Positions 1-8,855 of a DNA stretch of 64,000 nucleotides are shown in pieces; the stretch's first letter is position 1; each line of letters starts with the position of its first letter. The notes beneath the pieces are model-generated. The model was not told where the DNA came from. It saw nothing but the letters and a program-made list of their open reading frames with translations, and ran no database searches. Source of the DNA: Candidatus Moraniibacteriota bacterium (GTDB taxonomy: Bacteria > Patescibacteriota > Minisyncoccia > Moranbacterales > UBA2206). Both the position numbers and the translations under genes were made by a program. The stretch is taken from contig JAUXSK010000018.1 in assembly GCA_030679995.1 (NCBI GenBank), positions 41,828 to 105,827 of the forward strand, given 5' to 3'.

Positions 1-6
1 CACTAT

Positions 7-1137
7 TTGGAATCATTTGAAATCGACGTTCCTATGGAAAACAGATTGGTCGGCAAGCTGTTTTTCGTGCCCTATGCTGCCAGAGATGACCTACGGAGAA
101 TTTTGAAACAGGCTTTGCTCGAAAACAGGCAAAGACTTGGTAACCTCACGCTGGGTCAATGGATTCAAGAGTTTGAAAAAACCTTCAACATCCACACTCG
201 GACAAAATCAGCTCCGGTTGAATTTGTTTCCCGCCATCCGCAAGCAATCCTACTCAATCCCATCGAAAGACGGAGACTAAAAGAAATCATCCATACTTAT
301 GACTATTTGCTGGTTTCAACCCTGCCAACCACCGAGCCTGAGCTTAGTGAAATGTTAGCCAATATGCCGGACACGGAAACATCCGAAAAACAAGACGGCT
401 CCGCAAGAGCAACCTACGCTCCGGAATCCTACAGAAAAAGCTTCTCTGGAAATTCGACATCCGCAGACACAGCAATCATTCCGCTAGACGAAATTTTGAA
501 ACAATTTCCCGAAATCGGCGAACAAATCATCACTTCCAACCGTATACAAATCCTGAGCTTTCCCGAACCGGCGCGCCCGTCCATCAAAAATTGGCTGGCT
601 GATTACACGTCCATCCTGGGCAACGAACCGCACGATTCCATAGCCCGGGGCAATTATTTGTTCCATGAAAAAAATACGCAGAACCTGAGTTCAACCAACA
701 GGAACAGATTGGCTTACATCCTGAAATCCTTCGATGAAAAAACCCCAATCACGATGGACAAGTCAAGCAAACAAATAATCTTCGACGATACGAACGAAAT
801 CCCGGAACCCAGAAAAAACGATCAGAATTCTCAAAACACTTCGACGCAAAAAACGCCAACCGCCAACTACGCGCCGCAAACCAACAAAATCAGCTTTTCT
901 TCCCCGCAGAAATTATCCTTTGAAAAAATAACACCCCCTGCCAAAACCGCCACCGTTCCGGCCAACCTTCCGACTGGAAACCTCGCCAGACCGGCACAAT
1001 TCGGAAATAACCAGCCCGGCAGGATGACCAACCAGCAACCCTACCGCATCACGCCGTCCGGCAGCCGGCAACAGATTGTCGATACGAAAGCGATGCCAAG
1101 AGTGTTGCCGAAGAATGTGGTAAACCTGCGCGATTAA
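7..1137 (+). CDS. Hypothetical protein with a Pro/Gln/Thr/Asn-rich low-complexity C-terminal half. The ORF opens at the window edge with TTG, so the true start may lie upstream or at the ATG at 34.
   Basis: Long uninterrupted ORF with coding-like composition and no recognisable catalytic motif. Confidence 0.4.
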   Translation: MESFEIDVPMENRLVGKLFFVPYAARDDLRRILKQALLENRQRLGNLTLGQWIQEFEKTFNIHTRTKSAPVEFVSRHPQAILLNPIERRRLKEIIHTYDYLLVSTLPTTEPELSEMLANMPDTETSEKQDGSARATYAPESYRKSFSGNSTSADTAIIPLDEILKQFPEIGEQIITSNRIQILSFPEPARPSIKNWLADYTSILGNEPHDSIARGNYLFHEKNTQNLSSTNRNRLAYILKSFDEKTPITMDKSSKQIIFDDTNEIPEPRKNDQNSQNTSTQKTPTANYAPQTNKISFSSPQKLSFEKITPPAKTATVPANLPTGNLARPAQFGNNQPGRMTNQQPYRITPSGSRQQIVDTKAMPRVLPKNVVNLRD

Positions 1138-1178
1138 ATTCAAAATCTAAAATTACAAATTCCAAATAAATCACAATG
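1138..1178. repeat. Left arm of the AT-rich palindromic intergenic repeat (copy R1). It ends in ...CCAAATAAATCACAATG, and that ATG is the start codon of the four-helix-bundle gene.
   Basis: Direct comparison with the full copies at 2020-2147 and 2835-2974 shows the shared AAATYCARAATYYAAAATTACAARYTCCAAATAAAT..CAATG left arm. Confidence 0.7.
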
Positions 1179-1538
1179 TCCGAAATCCAAAAAACAAAAC
1201 GATACGATTTAGAGGATAGAACGTTAGAGTTTGGAAAGAGAATTTTGAGATTAGCAAAGGCCTTGCCAAAAAACACAATAAATTTCAAGTTAATTGATCA
1301 ATTTGTCCGTTCCGGCACTTCAATGGGAGCAAACTACCGAGAAGCTAATGAAACTGAAACCAAAAAAGATTTTAAATTTAGAATGAGAATATGCAGAAAA
1401 GAAGGTAAAGAGACCATTTATTGGCTATATTTAATAGCCGAAGCTAATCCAGAATTTGAAGAAAGAATAAAACCACTTTTACAAGAAACGACTGAAATCG
1501 TAAAAATATTCGCCGCCATTCTTGTAAAATGTGAATGA
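1176..1538 (+). CDS. Four-helix-bundle protein of the 23S rRNA intervening-sequence protein family, nested between the two arms of repeat copy R1.
   Basis: 120 aa, all-helical and Lys/Glu-rich. The FGKRILRL...IDQFVRSGTSMGANYREA...YWLYLI pattern is typical of the family. Assignment is by recall, without an HMM search. Confidence 0.7.
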   Translation: MSEIQKTKRYDLEDRTLEFGKRILRLAKALPKNTINFKLIDQFVRSGTSMGANYREANETETKKDFKFRMRICRKEGKETIYWLYLIAEANPEFEERIKPLLQETTEIVKIFAAILVKCE

Positions 1539-1602
1539 TTTTGATGATTTTGAATTTAATATTTATTTGGAATTTGTAATTTTGTATTTGTAATTTAAAC
1601 AT
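1539..1602. repeat. Right arm of the palindromic repeat (copy R1), ending in TATG, which supplies the start codon of the downstream gene.
   Basis: ATTTATTTGGAATTTGTAATTTTGTATTTGTAATTTAAACATATG is the inverted complement of the left arm and matches the 3' ends of R2 and R3. Confidence 0.7.
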
Positions 1603-2019
1603 ATGGGTTTATTCAATGTTCCCCAATTCATCGACATCGAAGACAAGATTGTCGGACCGCTGACCGCCAAGCAATTGGGCTGGATGGGGGCGGCCGGAGT
1701 GATCCTTTTGGTGGCCTGGAGCATCCTGGACCTCACGGCATTCATCATCGCCGCTATCCTCACCAGCATCATTTTCGGCAGCCTGGCATTCTACCGTCCC
1801 AACGGACAGCCATTGGTCTATTTCATCTTTTCCGCCATCTCTTTCGCCTTCCGTCCTAAAATATATATCTGGAAAAGGGTGGCTGACAAGAGCGTACTCG
1901 GATTCACTCCCGCCCAAAAGACGAAAGCTGAAAAAAATGCTAAAATAAAGACATTGGCACCCAAGGAAGTTTCGGAACGGAAGATAGAAGATATTTCACA
2001 TTTATTGGACAGTAAATAA
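1603..2019 (+). CDS. PrgI/VirB3-like small two-TM T4SS component.
   Basis: The N-terminal NVPQFIDIEDKIVGPLTAKQL resembles the PrgI-family VP..I..E.K..G.LT.RQ motif, followed by two hydrophobic helices. It is ~138 aa and sits immediately upstream of virB4. Confidence 0.55.
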   Translation: MGLFNVPQFIDIEDKIVGPLTAKQLGWMGAAGVILLVAWSILDLTAFIIAAILTSIIFGSLAFYRPNGQPLVYFIFSAISFAFRPKIYIWKRVADKSVLGFTPAQKTKAEKNAKIKTLAPKEVSERKIEDISHLLDSK

Positions 2020-2147
2020 ATCCAAAAATTAAAATTACAAGTTCCAAATAAATTGCAATGGCCAAAATTCAAAATTGTTTTAAATTTTGAAAGTTGAGAT
2101 TTAGAATTTATTTGATATTTGTAATTTTGAATTTGTGATTTAAGTTT
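2020..2147. repeat. Full copy (R2) of the ~130-bp AT-rich palindromic intergenic element, filling the gap exactly from stop codon to start codon.
   Basis: The inverted arms AAAATTACAAGTTCCAAATAAATTGCAATG and ATTTATTTGATATTTGTAATTTT flank a central AAAATTCAAAATTGTTTTAAATTTTGAA palindrome. A 10-codon mini-ORF begins at the CAATG. Confidence 0.75.
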
Positions 2148-2834
2148 ATGGAATCATTGCACTCGGAAAAATTAGCCACCCAGACCAGCACCTCTGCTTC
2201 CCAGCAGTTTCTTGACGTGGCCGAAATCAAGGAAGGCGTCGTAGTGCTGAAAAACGGCTCTTTTCGGGCTGTCATAGCCGTATCGGCCATCAATTTCGAT
2301 TTGAAATCCACTGACGAACAGGAAGCGATCGTTGGACAATATCAAAACTTCCTCAATTCGCTGGATTTCCCGGTCCAAATCCTCATCAGTTCCCGCAAAC
2401 TCAACGTGGACAAATATATCGGTTTCATCGAAAAAAAGGAAAAACAACAGACCAACGAGCTCCTGAAACTGCAAATTTCAGAATACAAGAATTTTATCCA
2501 CCAGCTGGTTTCCGTTTCCAATATTATGGACAAGAATTTCTATATCGTTGTGCCATTTTCCCCGATTGAAAACCAAGAAAAGAGCTTTTTGAGCAATCTT
2601 TTCAATAGCCTCAATGCCAAAAAGAACATCCTGGAAAAAAGGGAGAATTTTGAAACCTACAAAAACCAGCTCTACCAACGGATCGACCACATTTCCGCCT
2701 CGCTGTCTGGCATCGGATTGCGTATCGCCCCGCTGGACACCCAGGAACTGGTCGAATTGCTCTACCAATCCTACAATCCGAACCTTTTCGCGGAAAGCAA
2801 GCTGGGAGATGTGAGCGCAATGGAACTCAAATAG
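2148..2834 (+). CDS. VirB4 N-terminal-domain-like protein, probably the detached N-terminal part of a Gram-positive-type VirB4.
   Basis: GVVVLKNGSFRAVIAVSAINFDLKSTDEQEAIVGQYQNFLNSLDFPVQILI resembles the N-terminal 'inf.L.s.eEq...f..fL..l.fp.Qi' segment of PrgJ/TraE-type VirB4 proteins. It has no TM segment and no Walker motifs. Confidence 0.45.
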   Translation: MESLHSEKLATQTSTSASQQFLDVAEIKEGVVVLKNGSFRAVIAVSAINFDLKSTDEQEAIVGQYQNFLNSLDFPVQILISSRKLNVDKYIGFIEKKEKQQTNELLKLQISEYKNFIHQLVSVSNIMDKNFYIVVPFSPIENQEKSFLSNLFNSLNAKKNILEKRENFETYKNQLYQRIDHISASLSGIGLRIAPLDTQELVELLYQSYNPNLFAESKLGDVSAMELK

Positions 2835-2974
2835 AAATCCAGAATCCAAAATTACAAGCTCCAAATAAATTACAATGTTCAAAATTAAAAAATTCAAAAC
2901 CGTTTTGAATTTTGAAAATTGTAATTTAAATTTTATTTGATATTTGTGATTTTGAATTTGTGATTTAAAATATT
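2835..2974. repeat. Full copy (R3) of the palindromic intergenic element, lying between the two virB4-like ORFs.
   Basis: Same arms and central palindrome as R2. It ends in TATTATG, which provides the start codon of the 604-aa virB4 ORF. Confidence 0.75.
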
Positions 2975-4789
2975 ATGGATTTATTCAACAAAAAAGGTAA
3001 AACCGAACAGGACCAGGTGATTCTTTCTGAGAAATATTACCAGGAAGGCGTCGCGAAACTGCAAGACCTGATCGCTCCGGCCGCCATAAAAATCCTACCC
3101 CAATCCATCCGGCTGGGGGAAACTTTGGCTAAAACGATTTTTGTCATCTCTTATCCGAGATATCTGCATAGTAATTGGTTTTCACCCATCATCAACATCG
3201 ATATGCCGATCGACATCTCGATGTTCGTACATCCCGTCGAAACTTATGACATCTTGAAAACCCTCAAAAAAAGCGCGACCCAGGTCCAATCGCAACTGCA
3301 CATCGAGCAGGAGAAAGGACTGATCCGCGACCCGACCCTGGAAACGGCCATCCAAGACATCGAGGAATTACGGGACAAACTCCAACAAGGTACGGAAAAA
3401 TTCTTCCGCTTCGGCCTATATATCACGGTTTACGGCCAAGATGAGAAAGATTTGGAAAAAGCCGCGAAAAACATCGAATCGATTTTGGAAGCCCAGCTGG
3501 TCTATGTGAAGCCGGCTATCTTCAAAACCGAACAAGGTTTCAATTCCACTATCCCGCTGGCCAATGATGAATTGAACATCGGAACCAATATGAATTCCGC
3601 CCCGCTTTCCACCACGTTTCCCTTCGTTTCTTCCAGCCTCTCCAATGACGAAGGCATCCTCTATGGCATCAACCGCCATAATAACAGCTTGATCTTATTC
3701 GACCGTTTCAAAATGGAAAACGGCAATATGGTGGTCTTCGCCAAATCCGGCGCGGGTAAAAGTTACACCGTCAAACTGGAAGTGCTGCGATCCCTAATGG
3801 TCGGCACCGATGTCATCATTATCGACCCGGAAAACGAATATAAACATTTGTGCGACACGGTAGGCGGATCTTTCGTCAAAATTTCTTTGAATTCCACCAA
3901 CCATCTCAACCCTTTCGATTTGCCGAAAATCGCCGAAGATGAGGATCCGGAAGACATTTTGCGCAACAACATCGCCAGCCTTCTGGGACTCCTGCATCTG
4001 ATGTTGGGCAACATCACTCCGGAAGAGGATTCCATCCTTGACCGCGCGGTGCACGAAACCTATGCCATCCGCGACATCACCGGACAAACCGATTTTAACA
4101 CCCTGGCCAAAGAAGCCTATCCGACTATGTCCGATCTTTACCAGGTTTTGCGCAATATGGAAGGAGCCGAAGATTTGGCCATCCGTTTGGAAAAATACAC
4201 GGAAGGGATTTTTGCCGGCTTTCTCAATAACACCACCAACATCAAAGTGGACAACGCGCTGGTAGTTTTCAATATCCGCGATATGGAAGAAGAATTGCGC
4301 CCCCTCGCTATGTATATCGTCTTGCAATTCATTTGGAACGAGATGCGCACCAATCTTAAAAAAAGGATCGTTCTGGTGGATGAGGCTTGGGTGATGATGA
4401 AATATGACGATGCCGCCTCATTCCTGTTCGGAATTGCGAAACGCTGCCGAAAATATTATACTGGACTCACGACGATCACCCAGGATGTGAACGATTTCCT
4501 TTCTTCGCGCTATGGCAAACCGATCGTGACCAACTCATCCATCCAGCTCCTGCTCAAGCAATCTCCTGCGGCTGTCGATATGATCGCGGAAACGTTCTAT
4601 TTGACCGACCAGGAAAAATTTCTGCTGCTTGAAAGCAATGTCGGAGAAGGGATTTTTTTCGCCGGCACCAAGCATGTGGCCATCAAAGTCATCGCTTCCT
4701 ACAGCGAAGACCAGATCATAACGACCGACCCGGCCCAAATGTTGGAAATCGAACAGGCTAAAAGGGAGTTTGATGATGAGGAAGAATAA
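2975..4789 (+). CDS. virB4: VirB4/TraC/PrgJ-family conjugative-transfer (T4SS) ATPase.
   Basis: Walker A MVVFAKSGAGKSYTVK (nt 3749-3763), Walker B RIVLVDEAWVMM, the ITQDVNDF motif and an N-proximal ISYPRYLHSNWFSPII segment all match VirB4-family signatures. Confidence 0.8.
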   Translation: MDLFNKKGKTEQDQVILSEKYYQEGVAKLQDLIAPAAIKILPQSIRLGETLAKTIFVISYPRYLHSNWFSPIINIDMPIDISMFVHPVETYDILKTLKKSATQVQSQLHIEQEKGLIRDPTLETAIQDIEELRDKLQQGTEKFFRFGLYITVYGQDEKDLEKAAKNIESILEAQLVYVKPAIFKTEQGFNSTIPLANDELNIGTNMNSAPLSTTFPFVSSSLSNDEGILYGINRHNNSLILFDRFKMENGNMVVFAKSGAGKSYTVKLEVLRSLMVGTDVIIIDPENEYKHLCDTVGGSFVKISLNSTNHLNPFDLPKIAEDEDPEDILRNNIASLLGLLHLMLGNITPEEDSILDRAVHETYAIRDITGQTDFNTLAKEAYPTMSDLYQVLRNMEGAEDLAIRLEKYTEGIFAGFLNNTTNIKVDNALVVFNIRDMEEELRPLAMYIVLQFIWNEMRTNLKKRIVLVDEAWVMMKYDDAASFLFGIAKRCRKYYTGLTTITQDVNDFLSSRYGKPIVTNSSIQLLLKQSPAAVDMIAETFYLTDQEKFLLLESNVGEGIFFAGTKHVAIKVIASYSEDQIITTDPAQMLEIEQAKREFDDEEE

Positions 4790-4943
4790 GTTTTTATGAT
4801 TTCAAGTTTCAATCTGCCAGCTGGTAGACCAAATTATTCCAAATCAAATCCAAAGATCAAATTAAAAAATAACTTTTGATATATAGGCTTTGAGCTTGAT
4901 TTGGAATAATTTGAGCCTTGAATAATTTGGATTTTAAAAAATT

Positions 4944-5471
4944 ATGTCCGACGAACAACAAAATCATGCGAATAACCTCAAAATGGCTCGCATCGGTTCT
5001 CTGAAAAATTCAGCCCAGAACATTAGAAAAAACGTCAAAGCCGCGGTTAATGTCGTTTCGCTTACGGCCTACCTCGAACCCTTTACGGACTGGCTGTTCG
5101 GCATCGCCCTTATCCTGGCCATCATCAAAGATATTTTTGATTTAGTCAACAACGCCCTTATTGCCGCTTTCGGCATCGGGATACCCCTGATCGTGGTTTT
5201 TACCGCCATCGTCTCACTCGCCATCGGATTCATAATGCTACTGACAGGCTCTTCCGGCAAAAGGAAAACCGCCAAGAAAATCGCCCAGGGCCTGCTCAAA
5301 CGATTTCTCCTGCTGGTTGGCGCCTCAGCAATCGAAGCGGTTCCCGCAATCAGCTTGTTGCCACTCGAATCACTCGTAGTCATCATCATATTTTGGCTGA
5401 CACTGGTTGAAAGGAAAAAAAACGCGGAAGCGCAAAAAGAACAAGCGGCAGCGATGGCCGCAGCCGCTTAA
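4944..5471 (+). CDS. Small multi-TM membrane protein, possibly a VirB6-like or accessory T4SS membrane component.
   Basis: Three to four hydrophobic helices, a basic N-terminus and an Ala-rich C-terminus. It follows virB4 on the same strand. Confidence 0.45.
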   Translation: MSDEQQNHANNLKMARIGSLKNSAQNIRKNVKAAVNVVSLTAYLEPFTDWLFGIALILAIIKDIFDLVNNALIAAFGIGIPLIVVFTAIVSLAIGFIMLLTGSSGKRKTAKKIAQGLLKRFLLLVGASAIEAVPAISLLPLESLVVIIIFWLTLVERKKNAEAQKEQAAAMAAAA

Positions 5472-5483
5472 AACAAAGTTTTT

Positions 5484-6143
5484 ATGGACACAAAACAAAA
5501 ATCCAGCCCCCTATCCCATTGGAGAACGGAATTGATCAGCTCCGCGATTGTTTTGTTGTGCTTGTTTTTAGCCGTTTATTTCCCAGCCCAAGGAACATTG
5601 CAACTTTTCAGTAACACACTATTCTTTCTCTTTTTATTGCCGGTCTTGTATATAAAAATTATTTTAAAGCAAAATTTGACTGATTTTGGCTTTAATACGC
5701 TAAATATATCTGCTGGTTTATTGTGGTCGCTTGCGATGTTAGCCTCTTCTTTCCTGATTATTTTTTTCTTAATGCATTTTTATAATTTTGAACAAAAATA
5801 TTTTCTTCCAACTTATCTAGCGCAAAATTTCTGGGTCTTTCTGTTCTATGAGCTGGTTCTGGCAAATTTCTTATTTTTTATACAAGGATTTTTCTTCAGG
5901 GGATTTGTTCTTTTTTCATTCGCGAAAAAATTGAATTTCTTCGCCCCCCTTATCCAATTTTTGATTTTCACATTGTTTCTCGCGGCTACAAATTCTATCA
6001 ATTGGAAGGCAGCTCCTTCCATAATACTATCCCTGACTGGCGGCATCGTGGCTTACAAAAGCAAATCATTCATCTATCCATATTTGACCAGTTTATTGTT
6101 TATGATTATCCTAGATGCCTATATAATTTATCTGTTCAAATAA
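5484..6143 (+). CDS. Phe-rich polytopic membrane protein, with at best a degenerate CPBP/Abi-like fold.
   Basis: About six TM helices. FIQGFFFRGF weakly recalls CPBP motif 1, but motifs 2 and 3 (the His residues) are absent. Confidence 0.4.
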   Translation: MDTKQKSSPLSHWRTELISSAIVLLCLFLAVYFPAQGTLQLFSNTLFFLFLLPVLYIKIILKQNLTDFGFNTLNISAGLLWSLAMLASSFLIIFFLMHFYNFEQKYFLPTYLAQNFWVFLFYELVLANFLFFIQGFFFRGFVLFSFAKKLNFFAPLIQFLIFTLFLAATNSINWKAAPSIILSLTGGIVAYKSKSFIYPYLTSLLFMIILDAYIIYLFK

Positions 6144-6149
6144 TTTTTT

Positions 6150-8822
6150 ATGAACATCCTACAAAAATCACTCGCTGCATCTCTTATTTCACTTATTATT
6201 TTCTCATCGGGAGCGCCGGCTATTCATGCCGATTCATTTTCGCTAGACCCGATTTCAGCAGCTGTTACCGATAAGGCTATGGGCGACATAATGGATTATT
6301 TCGGAATTAATCAGCAAGAGCTGAAAAACAATATCCAAACTATGAATGTTTCCCGCCAGAAAAAAATCCCGCCCCAAGTTTCCATCACTTTTACGCCGGC
6401 CAGCCCAGTGCCGGGAGAAAAAATAACCGCCACTGCCACTCCGACGTATTTTATGAATGATCCGTCCCAAATCTACTATACTTGGCTTCTGAAACGGTCC
6501 GGCAAAGATGGCGGCGCCGAAGATTACAAAGTCGCCGCTATGCGCATTATCGCCAGCGGTGATTTCGAGTATGAGCAGGAATCATATGCGGACGACGGTG
6601 AGAAAAGCGCGGGCGATTCCGATACTGGCGATTCTGATGGCTACTATGCCTTTTTCGGCGGCCAAGATCAGAAAGGCAAAAAGTCGCGATGTTTTGCCAA
6701 TGACATTTCTTCCGGCAATGATTATGAAATCACCTGCAAACACGCTTTCCCCACTAGTAGTCCGGGAGAAGTCGGCGACGGAGAATTCGGATTGGAAGAA
6801 GAAAAGTTTTGGCACACCGATCCAAAATCCAACGACACGGCCAACAGCGGGACTATGGATGAGGCTGCCGTGGTCGGACTCGGCAAAACCACTTTCAGTT
6901 GGATTTATGCCCCTGGTGATAAAGTCGGGGTCATCGTAGAGGGTATTTCGGTCGATCCGACCAGCTATGCCGATTCATCTTACAAAACGATGTGGGCTAT
7001 GCCCAAAAATACCGAGGACAATTGCAATAATGTCGATCTTGATTCATTGCCGGAAAACCGCACCGACACCCCTATCATAACTAAAATAGATTATACCGAC
7101 ACGGATACCGACGGCTATGAAGAATCTTATACTAAAGTCACCGCGACCACATCCTACAGTTATGCTACTGGTGATTATATCGTGAAAACCGGTGAATCTC
7201 CCGGCATCCAGATCCTAAAAACTACCAAAACTACGGTTACGACGCAAGATTGCATCTTGCCGCCGGCATCTTTGCTTGAACCATCCCCGGTTGAAATATG
7301 CGGCGATGCCACTACGCCAGCACACTGGCCAATTTCATCCTCGACTTCCAATCCTCGCTTCGTCACTGCCTCTGACGGATCCCTTGATTCAAGCACCGAT
7401 TTCAATAATTGTCTTGAGGATAATTTGGTCGACCCAGCACAAGGAACTTCCAATAAAAAATTGGATGTTTCACTTTCCTATTTGCCAGATACTCCGATGA
7501 ATGACCCTGCCGGAGATAATGCCGATGAGCTGGTTATCCAATCATCTATCTTGAACGCTGGAAATAAAGATTTTATCTATTACGATTGGAGCGTTTCCCT
7601 AGGCTCGTCCATTTCAGCCGATGATTGGATTGCGCTTGACGCCAACACCAAAAAACAAACCGGACTGGATCAGACCGCCGGAATCGGATTGAAATCATTA
7701 AAAATGAATTTGAATTTTGACAAACCGGAAGCGTTCTACGCCAAGATAACCTTGCGGGCAAAAGAAACTTCCTTTGAGAATTTGCAAAAAGAAGGCGTCG
7801 CCACCATCATAGTCCCTATTTACAATGCGCAAAACAAAATCGAGGTCTTCCCAACCAACGTTTCGGCCGACTTGGATATAACCCTCGATGTCGCACCCGA
7901 AGCCAAGCGTTGTGACAGCGGAATTGAAAAAACACTTTGCCCGATTGTAAAAAATGAGATCGTAGGATTAAAGACCGATATCGATCCAGATGATTATAAT
8001 TTAGTCTGGACGCTTAATGGAGAACCACTTTCATCGGCAAATCCGAACGCCGCTACGGCCTATTTCCCGGTACTGCAAGAAAAGGGAACCAAATACACGG
8101 TCAATTTAAACGCTTCCCATAAAACCTCCCAAGAAAAAATAACCCTCACGAAAACTTTTATAGTAGCGGATCCGGAAATCCATATATCCGCCGTCAATGA
8201 AAGCGCCGCCAACTCGACTTGCCTGCCGATCCTCCTGGGATATTATGTCGATCCGATAAATAAAAATCCTAATCCGGCGCCGGCAAGCGATGACTCTTTA
8301 TGGCCTGACTATAGCGAAGATTCTTTTGAAGCCTTGCAAGGCAAGGTAATCAAGTTAAAAACAACATCGAACGCGCTTTCTCCCAGCCAACCGTCTTGGA
8401 TTATCGACGGGGTAATCGTGACAACCGATAACGCGGCTTCCCTCGGCGCCACACTCAATGCCGACGGAACGCTCAGTTTTTCTGCCGATAAATCAACAGG
8501 CGCGACTTATTCGGTAGGCGTCGAAACGCTCTACACCCAAACTAATCTGGTCAAAAAAGCCCTGTATGGAAAATGGGGCATCCCCCTGACGGATTTCTAT
8601 GAAAAGCGCATCAGCAAATCAATTACGATCAAGGTAGCCGATCAGATCGATGTCAGCTCCGCCCTAGCCGCCCGAACGCAGGATAAAAAAATTCTAGCCA
8701 GCCTCTTTTCATCCATACCGGCCTATGTCAATTTCCTTTTCCGAATCATCCTTACTCTCATCTTAATCTTGTTTTCCACCGGATTGCTGTTTTCATTTTT
8801 TCCGAAACAAAACCAAGCCTAG
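6150..8822 (+). CDS. Large (890 aa) secreted surface protein with an N-terminal signal peptide and a C-terminal TM anchor. It is a putative T4SS-associated adhesin or surface factor.
   Basis: Signal-like MNILQKSLAASLISLIIFSSGAPAIHA, a Thr/Asp/Ser-rich body and a C-terminal hydrophobic helix ILTLILILFSTGLLFSFF. Confidence 0.55.
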   Translation: MNILQKSLAASLISLIIFSSGAPAIHADSFSLDPISAAVTDKAMGDIMDYFGINQQELKNNIQTMNVSRQKKIPPQVSITFTPASPVPGEKITATATPTYFMNDPSQIYYTWLLKRSGKDGGAEDYKVAAMRIIASGDFEYEQESYADDGEKSAGDSDTGDSDGYYAFFGGQDQKGKKSRCFANDISSGNDYEITCKHAFPTSSPGEVGDGEFGLEEEKFWHTDPKSNDTANSGTMDEAAVVGLGKTTFSWIYAPGDKVGVIVEGISVDPTSYADSSYKTMWAMPKNTEDNCNNVDLDSLPENRTDTPIITKIDYTDTDTDGYEESYTKVTATTSYSYATGDYIVKTGESPGIQILKTTKTTVTTQDCILPPASLLEPSPVEICGDATTPAHWPISSSTSNPRFVTASDGSLDSSTDFNNCLEDNLVDPAQGTSNKKLDVSLSYLPDTPMNDPAGDNADELVIQSSILNAGNKDFIYYDWSVSLGSSISADDWIALDANTKKQTGLDQTAGIGLKSLKMNLNFDKPEAFYAKITLRAKETSFENLQKEGVATIIVPIYNAQNKIEVFPTNVSADLDITLDVAPEAKRCDSGIEKTLCPIVKNEIVGLKTDIDPDDYNLVWTLNGEPLSSANPNAATAYFPVLQEKGTKYTVNLNASHKTSQEKITLTKTFIVADPEIHISAVNESAANSTCLPILLGYYVDPINKNPNPAPASDDSLWPDYSEDSFEALQGKVIKLKTTSNALSPSQPSWIIDGVIVTTDNAASLGATLNADGTLSFSADKSTGATYSVGVETLYTQTNLVKKALYGKWGIPLTDFYEKRISKSITIKVADQIDVSSALAARTQDKKILASLFSSIPAYVNFLFRIILTLILILFSTGLLFSFFPKQNQA

Positions 8823-8855
8823 ACTATATTTGCCAAAAATACTAATATATCAAAT

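Noticed and set aside
5484-6143. CPBP/CAAX-protease (Abi) assignment for the Phe-rich membrane protein.
   Set aside because: Only a degenerate motif-1-like FFFRGF is present. The EE, FxxxH and HxxxN catalytic motifs are absent, so it is called only as a generic polytopic membrane protein.
6508-6939. 143-aa plus-strand ORF (MAAPKITKSP...) inside the 890-aa surface-protein gene.
   Set aside because: Alternative-frame overlap entirely within a much longer ORF with a coherent signal peptide and anchor. It is a frame-shadow ORF.
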